Of a stretch of DNA of 64,000 nucleotides, positions 50,408 through 64,000 are shown piece by piece. A program made the translations under genes and the position numbers. Location: assembly GCA_951406725.2 (NCBI GenBank), contig OX597817.1, positions 95,356,001-95,420,000 on the forward strand. The letters run 5' to 3'. This DNA is from Octopus vulgaris (Eukaryota). The notes beneath the pieces are model-generated. The model saw nothing but the letters and a program-made list of their open reading frames with translations. It was not told where the DNA came from and searched no databases. The number at the start of each line of letters is the position of its first letter. Position 1 is the first letter of the stretch.

Positions 50408-53400
50408 ATGACAGACGCAAGTCAAATGGGCTCCAAGTAAGTTGGTAGTTTTCTACGTTTAAAATTGTTGATTGTCAAACATTTTATGTCTAAAAGGTGT
50501 ACAACACCCAACCCATACTTTCATTAACATCCACACAAAATTTCGCCCTTAGTGGGCAAAATTTAAAAAAATTCTCAAAGGCTTCGTGCTTTTATTTTAG
50601 CCATCTTTATTATCAAAAACGGCTACTGGTCACCACGAGGCTAAGGCGCAAGTCAAGCGTGACGCCGAAACAAAAGAGCAAGACTCCCTGCCACTAAACG
50701 CTGAACCTGACAGTTTGAAAGCCACTAACACCACCACCACCATCAGCAACAACTACAAAACCAGACCGTCCACCGTCACCGCCACCAATGATTCCACCAT
50801 CAACACCGACACCCTCCTTGACAACGCTTACGACGTTGATTTCCCCATACTGCCTTCACCACAATTTCACGAAGGAGGGGAAATGAGGAAAAGCAACACA
50901 GACTCAAATGTGAGCCTGAACGCTAACATAACGACCTCTTTTACATAGACTGTTAAACAACCGGACTTCACAGTTATTTACTACTACTACGAACGACTCT
51001 GCCACAAACATCACCACCAACACCACCACCACCACCATCACCACCACCACCACCATCACCACCACCACCACCATCACCACCACCACCACCACCACCACCT
51101 CCACAAAAAAAGACGAATTTCGCGGAAGCAATACGACCGAAAAGAAGAATCTTAAAATTTACTCATCAACAAATACAAGACACAATACATTTAAATATTC
51201 CACGGAACATTTTAGAAGAAACACAAAAGAAGACCATCATCTACAAAATACTCAACACCAAAACAAAGAGACCAGAAAGCCCACCTACAGAAAAGACTGA
51301 GAAGTGCCTCGCTTCTGTGTGGAAGTTCCGAAATTATGTGAATTGGGGTGTAAATTTGCTACCGTGCAAGTTCGCTTCCATACGGAAGAACTAGCAAAGA
51401 AGTTGTCGACGCTTACTCTGCGCACAGACCAGGTAACAATGGTACCTAGCTACCTTGGGCGCAGAGTAACGAAAATAACAATAAACAATGTGCCTCCAGA
51501 AGTGGATACCCAGTGGCTAGTATCGGCCATCTGCTTCGATATAGAAGCAGATATTTTAGAAATCGCCGACATTCCAGGGGAAAGCTGGACTGGTAAAAAG
51601 CTTGAAATATTGCTTCAAATCACTCAAGAAGCAATAAATAATTTACCAACTGAGAAAAGACCAAAAATTGTATGTAGTGGTGGAGGGCAGGAGGCCAAGA
51701 TGCTATTTGTGCAACAGTGAGGCACACCTCAGATATGATTGCCCAACTGCTGCCAGAAATAGGCAACAGCAACCACCTCCAAAACCTGGAAGAAAATCCC
51801 TGCTACCCACACCACCTTCAACGCAAAAGACAGGACAAACAGCAGACGACGTAAAAACTGTTTCCCCCTCACCAAGAAGAGAAACAAAACCATCACAATT
51901 ACCTTCGACATCGCAACCAACTAGAGAAACAACATCACCACCAACACCAAAAGACAGACCAACACCAACACCAGCACCAAGAACAACAACCAAGAAAACA
52001 AATAACAATGACGAAAAGACAAATTCTGCCCCTAATACCCCAACAGCACAATCACCACACAAAACAACACCTTCTACAAACATACATATAGATGCAAACG
52101 CTTTGCCTTTTCCCCCTTCTGATTCGTCAGACTTTTCGTCTAACGACGAAAGTTCGACAGAATGGCAAATAGCCACCGGGGGTAAAAGAAAAAGATAAAA
52201 AAAACAAACAAGAAAATGCAACCAAAGCAGGGATATATCTGGACCCTGAAAGCTCCTTACACAACCAAACCAGCACCAACACCAGAAAAACACACACAAT
52301 GCTATCAGCGATAGACACCAAAGACTCAAAACTAATGGAGTACATCACAGCTCACACAAACATCTGTGAAGATGACTTCAAAACTAACAACCATCCACAC
52401 ACTACACTACCCAAACACATCAAAATACTACACATCACACAAACATTACACCACACACTCAAAGCCCTCTTTCCAAATGCGGTTGGGGGGTTCCAAAAGT
52501 ATCTATCGAAAAAACTCTATAAAAACCTCCTCCAAGACACATCAAAGGACGAGGAAGCCAAAACTTTCGTCACAAGTAACTCTCTGCACCTTCCTTTTTG
52601 TGTTTTAAAGCACACACCTCAATAGGATCATGGTCAAGATTGGTTGTGTGAATGCGCGTGGCTTGGGGTCTCCTTGGAAATAAGGGTACCTCCTAAATGA
52701 CATCAGTCACTCGATTTGGGAATCATAGCCATAAATGAGACCAGACTCCACGAGCCACGGGCCCTAAAGTCCATGTTTGGCGGACAGTTTATCATTTATT
52801 TTTCTCCCTGTCTGCCGAGGATGGGCGGTAGTGGCACCGCGGTACTTTTTCACAAGAACCTGGATCTCGAGGTCAAGACGATATTCGTAGACCCGGAGGG
52901 TAGACTGGTCGTCCTGGATGTCGACGGCAGCAATGGGTGCGCTTTTCGACTCGTATCAGTCTATGCCGGATTTCTTTTGACGTCTAGAAGTATTCCTGGG
53001 AACATCTCGTCCTTTACTTTTAGTGGGGGATTGGAATGCTCCCTTGGACACGCATCTAGACTATGTGGGGAGAGACAAAAACAGAAGGGGATGCAAATGC
53101 CACAGAGGCCTGCTCAGACGATTCCAACTGTCTGACAGGTACCGACTCGACCACCCAAATGCACCAACATGGACATGGAGCAACCGCAGTGGGTCATCGA
53201 GATCGTACCTAGATAGGATACTGTGTAGGACAGTAGACAGGGATAATTTAGGATGTCCACAATTCCACATAGTCAGCTACACGGATCACAAATTCGTGAC
53301 GTGTATGCTAGACTTAGACAAGGCACATAGACAGGGTCCCGGTTACTGGAAACTAAACGCATCTTTCCCGTCCAGACAGGTTTTCAGAGACAGAATCAGC

Positions 53401-56306
53401 ACGTTAGTAAAGAGGGCTTTAACGGGAGCTATCGTCAACAACAAATGGTGGTTCGCCCTCAAGAGAGCAGTAAAAGCGGAAGCAATTAGATATAGCAAGG
53501 CACTAGCCGTAGATAGAAATAGAGTAGAGTGTGAGATAGTTAAGAAGTTAGAAGAGGCAATAAGAAGCGGCATCACATCCGACGTTTTGGCGGCGAGGTT
53601 GGCCCTCGACCAACACTTCAACGCCAAACACGAAGGGTGTGCTGTCAGGGCTAGGATGCGTGCTCAAAGGATGGAAAGTGTTGGAGCCGCGAGAGAGGCC
53701 CTGGTGGCGGAGGCGCAGCTGGGCAACAAAGCCACCATTCTGTCTCTGGTAGACGAACAAGGGCGCGAATTGCTCGAGCCCAGCAAGATGTGCGAGGCAT
53801 TTCAGCGGCACTTTGCCCGACTGTACGGGACGAGTGGCGAGCGTGAACGCAGGGTTGACTTCAGTGCCTACCTGCACAGCCTGCCACGACTCTCGGCAAG
53901 AGAGGCAAGGTGCTGCGAAGGTGCCATCACGGCGGCAGATGTGCGGGACGCAATGGCAGAATGCTCGAGAGACAAATCGCCAGGTTTGGATGGTCTGCCC
54001 TACGAGTTTTACAATTGTATGCCAGACTTGTTTGGAGACGTCTTGGATCTAAACAAGAGGAATGTAATAGATAACTTTATGCAGACTTGAAAATTTTGGC
54101 CAAGGTGTTAGCCAAGAATTTGGCGCTTGTCATCGAGAAACTGGTCGACGGCGCAAACGTGCGCCGTGCCGGGCCGGAGCATCCATGACAACCTCCACCT
54201 GATGCGCTACATCATAGACAGAGTAGTTAAGGAACCTGGCATGGGTGGGGCGCTGATCAATTTGGATCAATCGAAAGCCTTCGATAGGGTAGACCATTGA
54301 TACTTGGAGGCTGCCCTTAGAGCGGCTGGTTTCGGTCCCGTCTTCCGCGGCCGGATAGCCGCTTTGTACAGAGGCATCCGTTCGTTAATTCGCGTAAATG
54401 GACATCTATCGAGACCTTTCGACATTGCACGTTCGGTCCGTCAGGGATGCCCCCTCTCGTCGCTTCTCTACGTATTGACTCTCGAGCCACTACTGCGGAA
54501 GCTTGCGACTCTGAGGGGCATCCCGCGAGAACTGGGATGCGGGACGAGTGTGTCTGCATACGCGGACGACGTCACCGTCATAGCGTCAAACCACGAGCAC
54601 ATCGAGCTGATCGGCGAGACACTGAAAGACTACGAAGCGGTGATAGGAGCGAAAATCAACCGGGAAAAATCAGTGGGCTTGCCACTCGTCACCTGGAGAA
54701 GCAAGCCCATGCCGTCCACCAGCGCCTCCGTCGTGGGACGCTGGACCGACGGTCCGGTCGAGTTGCTCGAGGTCTGGTTCGGTTCAGACGTCCAAATGGA
54801 GAAGAACTGGAACGAGATAACGAGTAGGGTGGTCAGTCTCACAAGGCAATGGGCTGAGAGGAAAGTGTCCCTAAAAATTCGGGTGGAGGTGGCGAAGACG
54901 TACATCACGTCCATCATCTACTACCGCCTGACCGTCGTACCTTGTCCCGACCCTACCATCACCAAACTAGAACGCATTCTCTTCCGCCTCTTGTGGAAAG
55001 GATGCGTCCCGATGGTCAGGCGATCCATTTTCTGTTAGCACCCGTTAAAAGGAGGACTGGGCATGCCGTGGTTGATGATGCGCAGACACGCGCTGAGACT
55101 GCGACATCGCCAGCTCTGTGTAGACGACGGTGAACAGGTGTGGTCGCCGTTTGTGAGGCACGCCTTCCCGCAGATCGTCTCCATGACCGAACTGCAGTCG
55201 TTGATCAAAAAGAGGCCGAGGAAGGGCGGTGGCACCGCGAGTGTCGCGTTGCTCTCAAGCAACTATGCCGTTCCGGGTCGACCTTGAGTGACTTCAACAC
55301 AACCAAAGCATTCTATAGGGGATTAGTGGAGGGGAGGTACGACGACGATATTGGGGCGAACCAGGGCGTCGACGAGGAATACCTGACCCGCCTGTTTGAG
55401 ACGACTTTCGGGCCGGGATCATGGACAACTTCCAGAGATCCCTGGCCTGGCAGTGCTACCCGTTCGGGATAAGCTCTATAGGCATGGCTCGAGAAACACG
55501 GGGCTGACCTGCCCGAGATGCGATCAGAGCGACGAAACCGTTCTGCACGCAATCGTGCAGTGTCCAACAATCTCCGACCTGTGGGCTTATGTCGAACGAC
55601 TGCTGTCACGTGTGGGACGTGTAGGTTAATCAGCCGAGTATATCGTTCATATCGTCACGCCTCCTTCCTTTAAACGGGAAGGAAGAGCTATTTGTATCAT
55701 ACTTGTGGCTATGGCGAAAGAATGTATCTGGTGGACGCGCCTGAAAGGATTAGAGACAAACACTTTCCTCTCTGGTCAATCTCTCATCAACTTCTTCAAG
55801 TATCACTTGAAAAGGAAAGTGAGAGTAGAGAGGCAAGTTTTGTCTAGTGAATGTTTTAAAAAAGATGGGTGAATGTAGCAAGGATGGCACGTATGAATGA
55901 CGAAGCCACCTTGAGTATGATCCTATTAACCGTAAAAATTTAATACAGATAGTTACTTATTTGTAAAAAAATATCACATGTGACTTCATTGACCGAGGTT
56001 ACCGTGGTCTTTTCCGTAGGCTTTTCTTTCCACGAGTAAACCTCACCTGTCCTCCCCTTTACACTTTATATTGACATTTCTGTGATAACGATCCCTATTG
56101 ATCGATTTGTTCTTTTTCCTTTTATTTTTATTTTTTCCCTTTTTTTTGCTTTCCTCTTTTTTTCCTTTTACGATCCCTTTTGGTCGACCCCCCCCTTTTT
56201 ATCCCCCAAAAGAAAAGCTCTACCTTGTAATTTGTCCCGTCTGTGTGCAGCCCTGTGTAGCTAATAAAGAAACATATCTATCTATCTATCTACCTATCTA
56301 TCTATG

Positions 56307-56354
<48 letters not shown>

Positions 56355-56360
56355 AATCTA
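50408..56360 (+). mobile_element. Full-length but degenerate L1-Tx1 element (ORF1 about 50715-52625; ORF2 52630 to about 55930)
   Basis: ORF1 zinc knuckle CYLCNSEAHLRYDC. ORF2 has APE (GDWNA, SYLDRI, TDH, GYWKLN), RT (DQSKAFD, VRQGCPLS, AYADD) and zf-RVT. There are multiple stops and frameshifts, and an (ATCT)n tail. Confidence 0.92.
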
Positions 56361-56521
56361 TGCACCTTAACGTGTATATGGATTTATGAATATTCTCATC
56401 TATTGAACTTACGAACGTCTCCTTATACTTGCTTGAATAAGTATGTGTTTCAAGAGGTAGACTAGTCTCAATATTTGAATTTATATGTACTCTTTAATAA
56501 GCTTTGTGTTTCATATTTTTA

Positions 56522-56690
56522 TAGGCGCAGGCATGGCTGTGTGGCAAGAGGCTTGCTTCCAAACCGCATGGTTCCGAGTTCAGTCCCATTGCGTGACATC
56601 TTAGGCAAGTGTCCTCTACTGTAGTCTCGGGCTTACCAAATCCTTGTAAGTAGATTTGTTAGACGGAAATTGAAAGAAGCCCGTCGTATA
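56522..56690 (+). mobile_element. tRNA-derived SINE
   Basis: GGCGCAGGCATGGCTGTGTGG..GAGTTCAGTCCC..GGCAAGTGTC. Confidence 0.75.
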
Positions 56691-57071
56691 AGTACCAGTG
56701 ATAACACTGGGATCGATGTAATCGTCCAGTCCCCTTCTATTATTATTATTATTATTATTATCATCATCATCATCATCATTATTATTATTATAATTATTAT
56801 TATTATTAGTATTATTATTATCATCATCATTATTATTTTTCAAATACTGCTGAGGTCGATTTTGCTTTTCATCCTTTCGGGGCCGATGAAATAGTACTAA
56901 TGAAGCACTGAGGTCGATTTAATCGGACTACCCTTCACCCACAAATTTTAGGCCTTCTGCCTATAATAGAAAATATTATTATTATTATTATTATTATAAT
57001 TATTATTATTATTATTCATTTGGTAGTTTCAAGCAAATTTCGATTGCATCACCTGCTATACTTCCGTATTG

Positions 57072-57125
<54 letters not shown>

Positions 57126-57199
57126 CGCGTGCGTGTGTGTGTGCGTGTGTGTGTGCGTGTGTGCGCGCGTGTGTGTGTGTGTGCAGCTTAGTGTGTTCT

Positions 57200-59275
57200 T
57201 TTTTTTATTGTTGGGGAGTGCAAACTCATCCCGGTATTGTATTTCATCAGTTTCTTTTGTCTGGGGTCTGTGGTATTTTTAGTGAAAATTTTAAAATCAT
57301 CCTTGTACAGGAGATGGTTTATTGTTTGTCCATTGCATCAATAACCCATAGATATATAACTACTTACTCGGTTAAGTCTGTATATATGTCCAGATTTGGC
57401 AAGGACTGGACAGCCAGAGATGATATGGTCAACTGCCTCATTGTGGTGGTTGCACATTCTGCATTATTCTGCATTTGCTGTTAGGGCTTGTTTTCATTAT
57501 TTTGCTTTTATAGTTGTTTGTGGTCAGCCATTGGTCTTGTGCAGCGAGAATTAGTCCTTCTGTTTCAGCTTTTAGACCAGAGCTTTTGAGCCATTGTTGG
57601 CTTTTACTTAGGCTCATTTCTTCTCTGTTAAGCCTTGCAGGGTATTGGCCATAGAGTGATTTTTCTCTCCATTTCTTCGTTAGTATGTTTTGTAGTTCTG
57701 TTTTTATGCTGTTTATTGTCTCTAACCATTTCTGCTATATTGTCATCTGAAATCAGTGTATAAATGTAGTTTGTTTGTGTTTTCTATTTTGTTGCATCGT
57801 TGTGTATCGAGAAAAGAGTTTTCTTTTTCTCGTGTTGCCTTATTACATGTAGTAGTCTTCTACTTTTTGTTTCTAAGAATTTTTCAAGTTCAGCTGTTGT
57901 TATTTTATAGTAGTTCTTTATCTGTCAGGCCGCAGCCTCCTTCTGAGAGGAGTAGATATATCTTGTCTGCATCTGCTTTGGGGTGCTGACTTCGGTATGC
58001 TGTTAAAAGTTTTCTGGTTTTTCTAAGTTTTTCGATTCACCGATCTTCCAGTTTATGTTGAAGATGTAACTTATGACTGGCCTGGCTAACGTGTTTATCC
58101 CTATTACCTTATTTTTAGCATTGAGCTCAGTGTTTAATATTACTCTAACTCTTCTGTAATACTCTCTCCTAATTTTCTCTTTCATTTCTGTGTGTTGTAT
58201 CTTAACTGTTTCGTATATTCCTACTTATCCGTATAGGCGATTGTGGTCTAATTCTCTGAATTCTGTGTCTATGTCGAGTGCAGCGTTTTCAGTGCCGATT
58301 AATTTGCCTCTTCTCAGCGTCACTTTGGAACATTTGTTCATCCTCATGGTCATCCCGATGTCCTTGCTGAAACTACGGACAATTTTTAGAAGGATTCTTT
58401 GTTCTGTGGTATTTTTAGCGAAAATTTTAAAATCATCCATGTACAAGAGATGTTTTATTGTTTGTCCATAGCATCTACAACCCATGGTGGTTTCATTTAA
58501 CAAGTTTGTTTGTGAGGTCAGAGTAAGGCAGAAAAGTAGGGGTGACAGCGAATCTCTTTGGAGAATCTCTTTTCTTATGGGGTTAGGGCAGATTTTAATG
58601 ACTTATGATTCATTTTTCAGTGTTATACTGGTTTTCCAATATTGTCTTTCTCCTCTTACAGTCCTTTATAATGGCTCGGTTTACCAAAAATTGCTCCTTT
58701 CAACCATACATCCCTCTCCGGCACCCTTTTTGTTTTTCTGGTAAAGCATTGTTGTTTTCCAGATGTATTATAAGCCGGTTATAGATGATTGATGTGATGG
58801 TTTTGTGGATTATTGATAAGCATGTTATTGTGGGTGTACGGTGACTTTTGCATTTGGGAATTAGGGCATTTTGTTCTTCCATCATCCATTTTGATGTTGA
58901 TTCTGGTTTGCTTATTAACAAATTAAATGCTGGTGCTATGTGAGTATGGGTACTGGGGAGGTGTTTCAGCCAGAAGTTGGGGACCTTGTCTATCCCTGGA
59001 GTTTTTCAGTTACCGGCAGTCCTCAGTGAGTCTATGATCTCTTGGTTTGTGATGGTAGGCCATACGTGCGGTGCTATTTTGCTCTTCCTCCCTTTTTCCC
59101 TATTTATCCACTGAGAATTATTGTTGTGTTGTTCTTGTTTGCTCTATATTCCTTCTCAGTATGATTGAATCTCTGATGTTGTTGGCATCTCATCTATTGA
59201 TACGGTTTTTTTGTTTAACTTTCTGTAAAACCTTTTTGTCGTTATTTTCACTTCTCTATTTTCTTGGAAGAAACG
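57200..59275 (-). mobile_element. R4/Dong-clade non-LTR retrotransposon remnant
   Basis: EKQKGCRRG, HLLYMDD, YYRRVRVILNTELNAKNKVIGIN, WLKSSGLKAETEGLILAAQDQ and VDHIISGCPVLA. It is bracketed by (ATT)n tracts at about 56975-57015 and 59278-59313. Confidence 0.85.
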
Positions 59276-59313
<38 letters not shown>

Positions 59314-59314
59314 T

Positions 59315-62300
59315 CTTTCAACGCGGATGGACGTGTCTCCGGAAGCTCCGTGATTTTTGTGACAATTTCACTGGAAATTTGTTTGTGAGTTGAAATATTT
59401 TTAATATTTGTGTGGATAAGCCGACTAACTTTTTACAGAGCTAGTTGGCTAGGCAAAATTTTACCCCATTCACATTATTTTGCACACACACAATTCCAAA
59501 ATGTCGTTAAAAGAGCTGCTGGCTCTTCCCTCCCTTGCAACACCACCCCCTCCACAAGAAGAAAAAATTTCGTCAGCGGTTCCGAACCGCCCATTTCAAG
59601 CCGTAAAAGGCAAAGAAAACATTACAATGGAACGTGCTGAAAAGCAAAGCGTTTCAAATAAGAACAAAAAAGACGGCGTCTCTTGCGACGTCATTTTAGA
59701 TTTCCCCCCTCTACCTTCAACTAATGTTATAGTACCGAAGGGGGAGGAAGGGAATAATATGAATAAGAGAGAAATAAACAAAGAAACAAAAATTGAAGAA
59801 AATTCCAAAGGTTTTGCTTCAGCTGCGAAGCAGATTTCGGAAGAGATACAAGTTTCGATGGAGGATATTAAAATGGCAAAAGAGTTGTTGAGAAAAGAGG
59901 GAAACAGTGTTTTCCTCAACACACCTCAACAACTCATACATGACACCAACAAAAAAACAATTTTCTACAAAGTTTTCGAAAAGAAAACTAAAAGACTGGT
60001 TAACGCCACACCCCAACAGTTAGAAATGGCTCTGAAGCCCATTTGGGGCCAAAAGAGCTATGTGACAAGAGGGAAGCGATTTGGAACCGTGGAGGTTCGC
60101 TTCCCAACAGAGGAGCAAGCAAGGGCGCATGTCATTTCGCCCTTGCAAAATGAACATTTGTTCCTCGTTCCGATGTACCTCGGGCGTAAGGTCCAAAAAA
60201 TAACAATAAATACAATACCCCCGAACTGAATATCTCATGGCTAGTGGCGGCTATCCTCTATGACATAGAGGACACTGCCACTATTCTAAATGTTCGGAGG
60301 GTAAGAGAAAAGAACTGGTCAGGTATGGGTATTGAACTGCTGGTACAGATCCAGCAGGAAAACATCAATGCCATACCTGACTTTGTCATCTTACTAGATG
60401 GGACCAGGCTAAACGTTACTGTAGAGGGGCGAAAGCCAAAATGTTTCCTCTGCAGTAGCGAAAGCCACCTGAAGAGGGACTGTCCCATTCAAAAAAAGAG
60501 AATGGAGGAATACAGCAAGAGGCAGCAACAACAACAACAACAACAACAACAACAGAAACAACAGAAACAGCACGAAACACCAAAGGCTGCCACACCACCA
60601 ACACCATCACCAGCACCAAGACGAACAACACCACCTCCAACAACAACAACCACCAAACCAACACCAACACCAGTACCTAGAAGGTCGACAGCAGCAAGAA
60701 GAGAAGGTGAGAGCTCACCAACGCGGGCACCATCAACAGCAACAGGAGCAGCGGCACCACCGATACCGGCGGAACCAACAACTTTTCGTCCTGCTGCTGA
60801 AGCAGACCCCTCATCTATTCCTTTGCCGGATGAAGAGTACTCGGATTGTGCGAGCTCTGATTCCAACAAAGGAGATTCCAACAGTGCCTCCAAAAAAGAA
60901 AAGGAGGAGAAAACAAAAAGACACACAGGGGAAGCACGAACAAATAGTGCTTCCCAACATCAACAACAACAACAACAACAACAACACAGACTCACAACAA
61001 CAAACAACAACAACACTTTCGACACCACTACTGCCATTGCCACTGCCACAGACACAAACCCACACAGACACAATTACATCAATAAATACAAGAAACCAGG
61101 AACTGGTTGAGTATTTGAAAGAAAAAACAAGTACAAATATAACGGATTTCGTTATACCAACACAAAACACACCACCAGCACACATTCTCACAATAAAAAT
61201 AAACAAAACAACATACAACGAAATTAAACAAATATTCCCTAACGATGTGGGATCGTTAGGGAAAAGTTTCTCTAAGAAACTGTACAAAAATATTTTGAAG
61301 CACCCGTGCAAAAGCACAAGGGAGCCACCCCCACCAACAACAGTAAGTAGAGCCTTTTTCTTCTCCTTTTTTCCCCCCTACTTTTGAAGCATGGCAAATC
61401 TTAGAATCGGTTGCTTGAATGTGAGAGGCCTCGGGTCACCTTGGAAACAGGGTCACCTGTTAAACGACTTGAGGTTTCATGATGTGGATGTAGCAGCCAT
61501 CAGTGAAACCAGGCTCTCCGACCCGCAGGAACTCGCAGCCCTTTTCGGCGGATACGAGATATTTCTATCTCCGTGTCGGCCGGGAGCGGGCGGTGGTGGT
61601 ACTGCAGTGTTGTTTCGGAAGGGCCTGGACTTGAAAATAAGGACAGTCTTCCTGGATCCGGAAGGTAAGTTGGTGGTCCTCGACGTGGACGGTAGTGATG
61701 GCGGTGCTTTCAGACTGCTGGCTGCCTACGCTCCGACAGGAGCAGGGCAGTCGGATTATTTCAAACGTCTGGAAGTTTTCCTGGGAACGTCACGCACTCT
61801 AGTGCTAGTTGGGGATTGGAACGCTGTCTTAGACGAACGTTTCGATCGGGTGGGCAGGGGAGCGTCTGATAGGAAAGGGGAGGGTGCAAGAACCTCGCCA
61901 AACTACTCGGCCGCTTTCAGCTGTCCGACAGGTTTCGACTAGACAACCCGAATGTGCCAATGTGGACTTGGACAAACCGCATCGGGTCGTCTAGATCGTA
62001 CTTAGATAGAGTGTTTTGTAGGCCAGCGGATAAGAACAGTCGAATATACGGACCACAAATTAGTGATCTGTACGGTCGACTTAGATAGGCTACATAGTCG
62101 AATATACGGATCACAAATTAGTGATCTGTACGGTCGACTTAGATAGGCTACATAGACAGGGACCCGGCTACTGGAAGTTGAACGCGTCGTTAACGACGTG
62201 CAAAGCTTACAGAGACCGGATTAGTTTACTAGTTAAACGGGCGCTCACGGGGGCAATCATCAACAACAACTGGTGGTTTGCCCTCAAGAGAGCAATTAGA

Positions 62301-64000
62301 GTAGAGTCGATTAGGTATAGTAAGACTCTAGCTATTGAACGTAGGAAGAGAGAGCGGGATTTAGTTAAGAAACTAGACGAGGCTCTTGACACTGGCATCG
62401 CGACCGACGTGTTGGCGGCAAGGTTGGCCCTCGACCAACACTTCGACGCCAAACACGACGGCTGCGTTGTCAGAGCTAAGGCACGTTCGCTAAGCGGGGA
62501 GGGGACTAGAGCCGCTCGATGGGCCCGCGTGGCGGAGGCGAAGCGAGGCAACAAAGCAACCATTCGGTCTTTGGTGGACCAGAACGGGCGCAAGGTTACC
62601 GAACCGAAGCAGATGTGTACGGTGCTTCAGCGGCACTTTGCTCAACTGTTTGGGACGAGCGGTGGAACGGACAACGGTGCAGACTTCGGTGTGTACCTGG
62701 ACGGCCTACCGCAACTCTCGGACAGCGAGGCAGAGTGCTGCGAAGGACCGATATCTGCCTGGGAAGTGGGAGAAGCGATGAAGAGTTGCACGAGAGGTAG
62801 ATCGCGGGGTTTGGATGGTCTGCCCTACGAGCTTTACTTTTCAATGCCAGACTTATTTGCGGGCCTGTTGGCAAACGTCTACTGCAACTGGCAGCAAGAC
62901 GGGAGAATTCCTGCTTTTGTCTGTCGATGGGTGGTGGCTTTGCTGAAGAAGGACCCAAACAAGGAGGACGTTATAGGGAATTTCCGGCCCATCACTCTGC
63001 TCAAAGCAGAGTTGAAGATTTTGGCCAAGGTGCTAGCCAAGAGATTGGCGCTTGTCGTGGACAAGCTGGTCGGCAAGACGCAGACATGAGCCGTGCCGAC
63101 CAGGTCGATACGCGACAACCTCCATCTCATGCGCTATATCATAGAGAGGGTGGGTAACGACGCTGGCGCGGGTGGGGCTTTGATCAACTTAGATCAGAGT
63201 AAAGCCTTCGATAGGGTCGACCATCGGTACCTGGCAGCTGTTCTCAAGGCAGCCGGCTTCGGTCCAGTCTTCCGCGGGTGGATAGCTGCTTTATACAGCA
63301 ACATCTGCTCGGTGATACGGGTGAACGGTCACCTTTCGGAACCGTTCGACATCTCGCGTTCGGTCCGCCAAGGATGCCCTCTCTCCTCCCTCTTGTACAT
63401 TTTGACTCTCGAGCCATTACTGCGCAAGTTGGAGGCTTTGAGGGGTATCCCGTGCGATCTAGGAGGCGGAAACAGCGTGTCTGCCTATGCCGACGACGTC
63501 ACCGTGATGGTGTCGAGCCACAGGCACATTGGCCTGATTGGCGAGACACTAAACCAGTACGAAGCGGTGACAGGGGCAAAGATTAACGCGGAAAAGTCTG
63601 TGGGCTTGCAACTGGGCACCTGGAGAGGCAACCCATGCCGTCCAACAGCGTCGTAGGGCGCTGGACAGACGGACCCGTTAAACTGCTCGGAGTCTGGTTC
63701 GGTCCGGACCTCCAGGTGAATAAAAACTGGGAAGAGGTGACGAGCAGGGTGGCACGTCTCACCCAGAAATGGGCCGAGAGGAAGCTGTCCTGAAAGGTCG
63801 AGCGGAGGTGGCGAATGCGTACATCGCATCCGTCATCTATTACCGCTTGACCGTCGTCCTTTGTCCCGACCGCTGGTTGGCCAAGCTGGTACGCCTGCTC
63901 TTCAACTTTTTGTGGAAGGGTCAGGTGCCACTGGTCAGGCGATCCATCTGCTGTCAACGACCGCTGAACGGAGGCCTTGGAATGCCGTGGTTGCTGTTGC
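59315..64000 (+). mobile_element. Second L1-Tx1 family element, running off the window (ORF1 about 59501-61387; ORF2 from 61391), degenerate
   Basis: CFLCSSESHLKRDC knuckle, MANLRIGCLNVRGL, ISET, VGDWNA, NFRPITLL, LDQSKAFD, RQGCPLS and YADD. Stops occur at 63087 and 63791. Confidence 0.92.

Overview
Eukaryotic, very AT-rich DNA dense in microsatellites and transposons. The SINE, RTE, Tx1 and Penelope content with (TA)n/(TATG)n tracts suggests a cephalopod (Octopus-like) genome; this is an inference. Only one intact host gene is recognisable: a TMEM169 homologue at 1945-2634. There is also a poly-His/poly-Gln ORF (22194-22967) and a tandemly amplified 72-bp exon-like unit. The rest is nested mobile DNA: Helitrons, hAT, mariner and Tigger remnants, a Merlin (IS1595/ISXO2-like) transposon, RTE LINEs (one with a PHD finger inside the RT region), three L1-Tx1 elements plus an ORF1 fragment, an R4/Dong element and many SINEs. 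Two things stand out. (1) A cluster of Penelope-like pieces sits in (TA)n tracts and carries hammerhead ribozyme motifs, including a non-coding 2.4-kb fold-back element with two hammerheads with a long helix II, and a hammerhead variant with a CUGUNGA core. (2) A pair of Merlin-type inverted termini lies 18.9 kb apart and brackets host-like exons. Boundaries of decayed elements are approximate, and no database searches were run.
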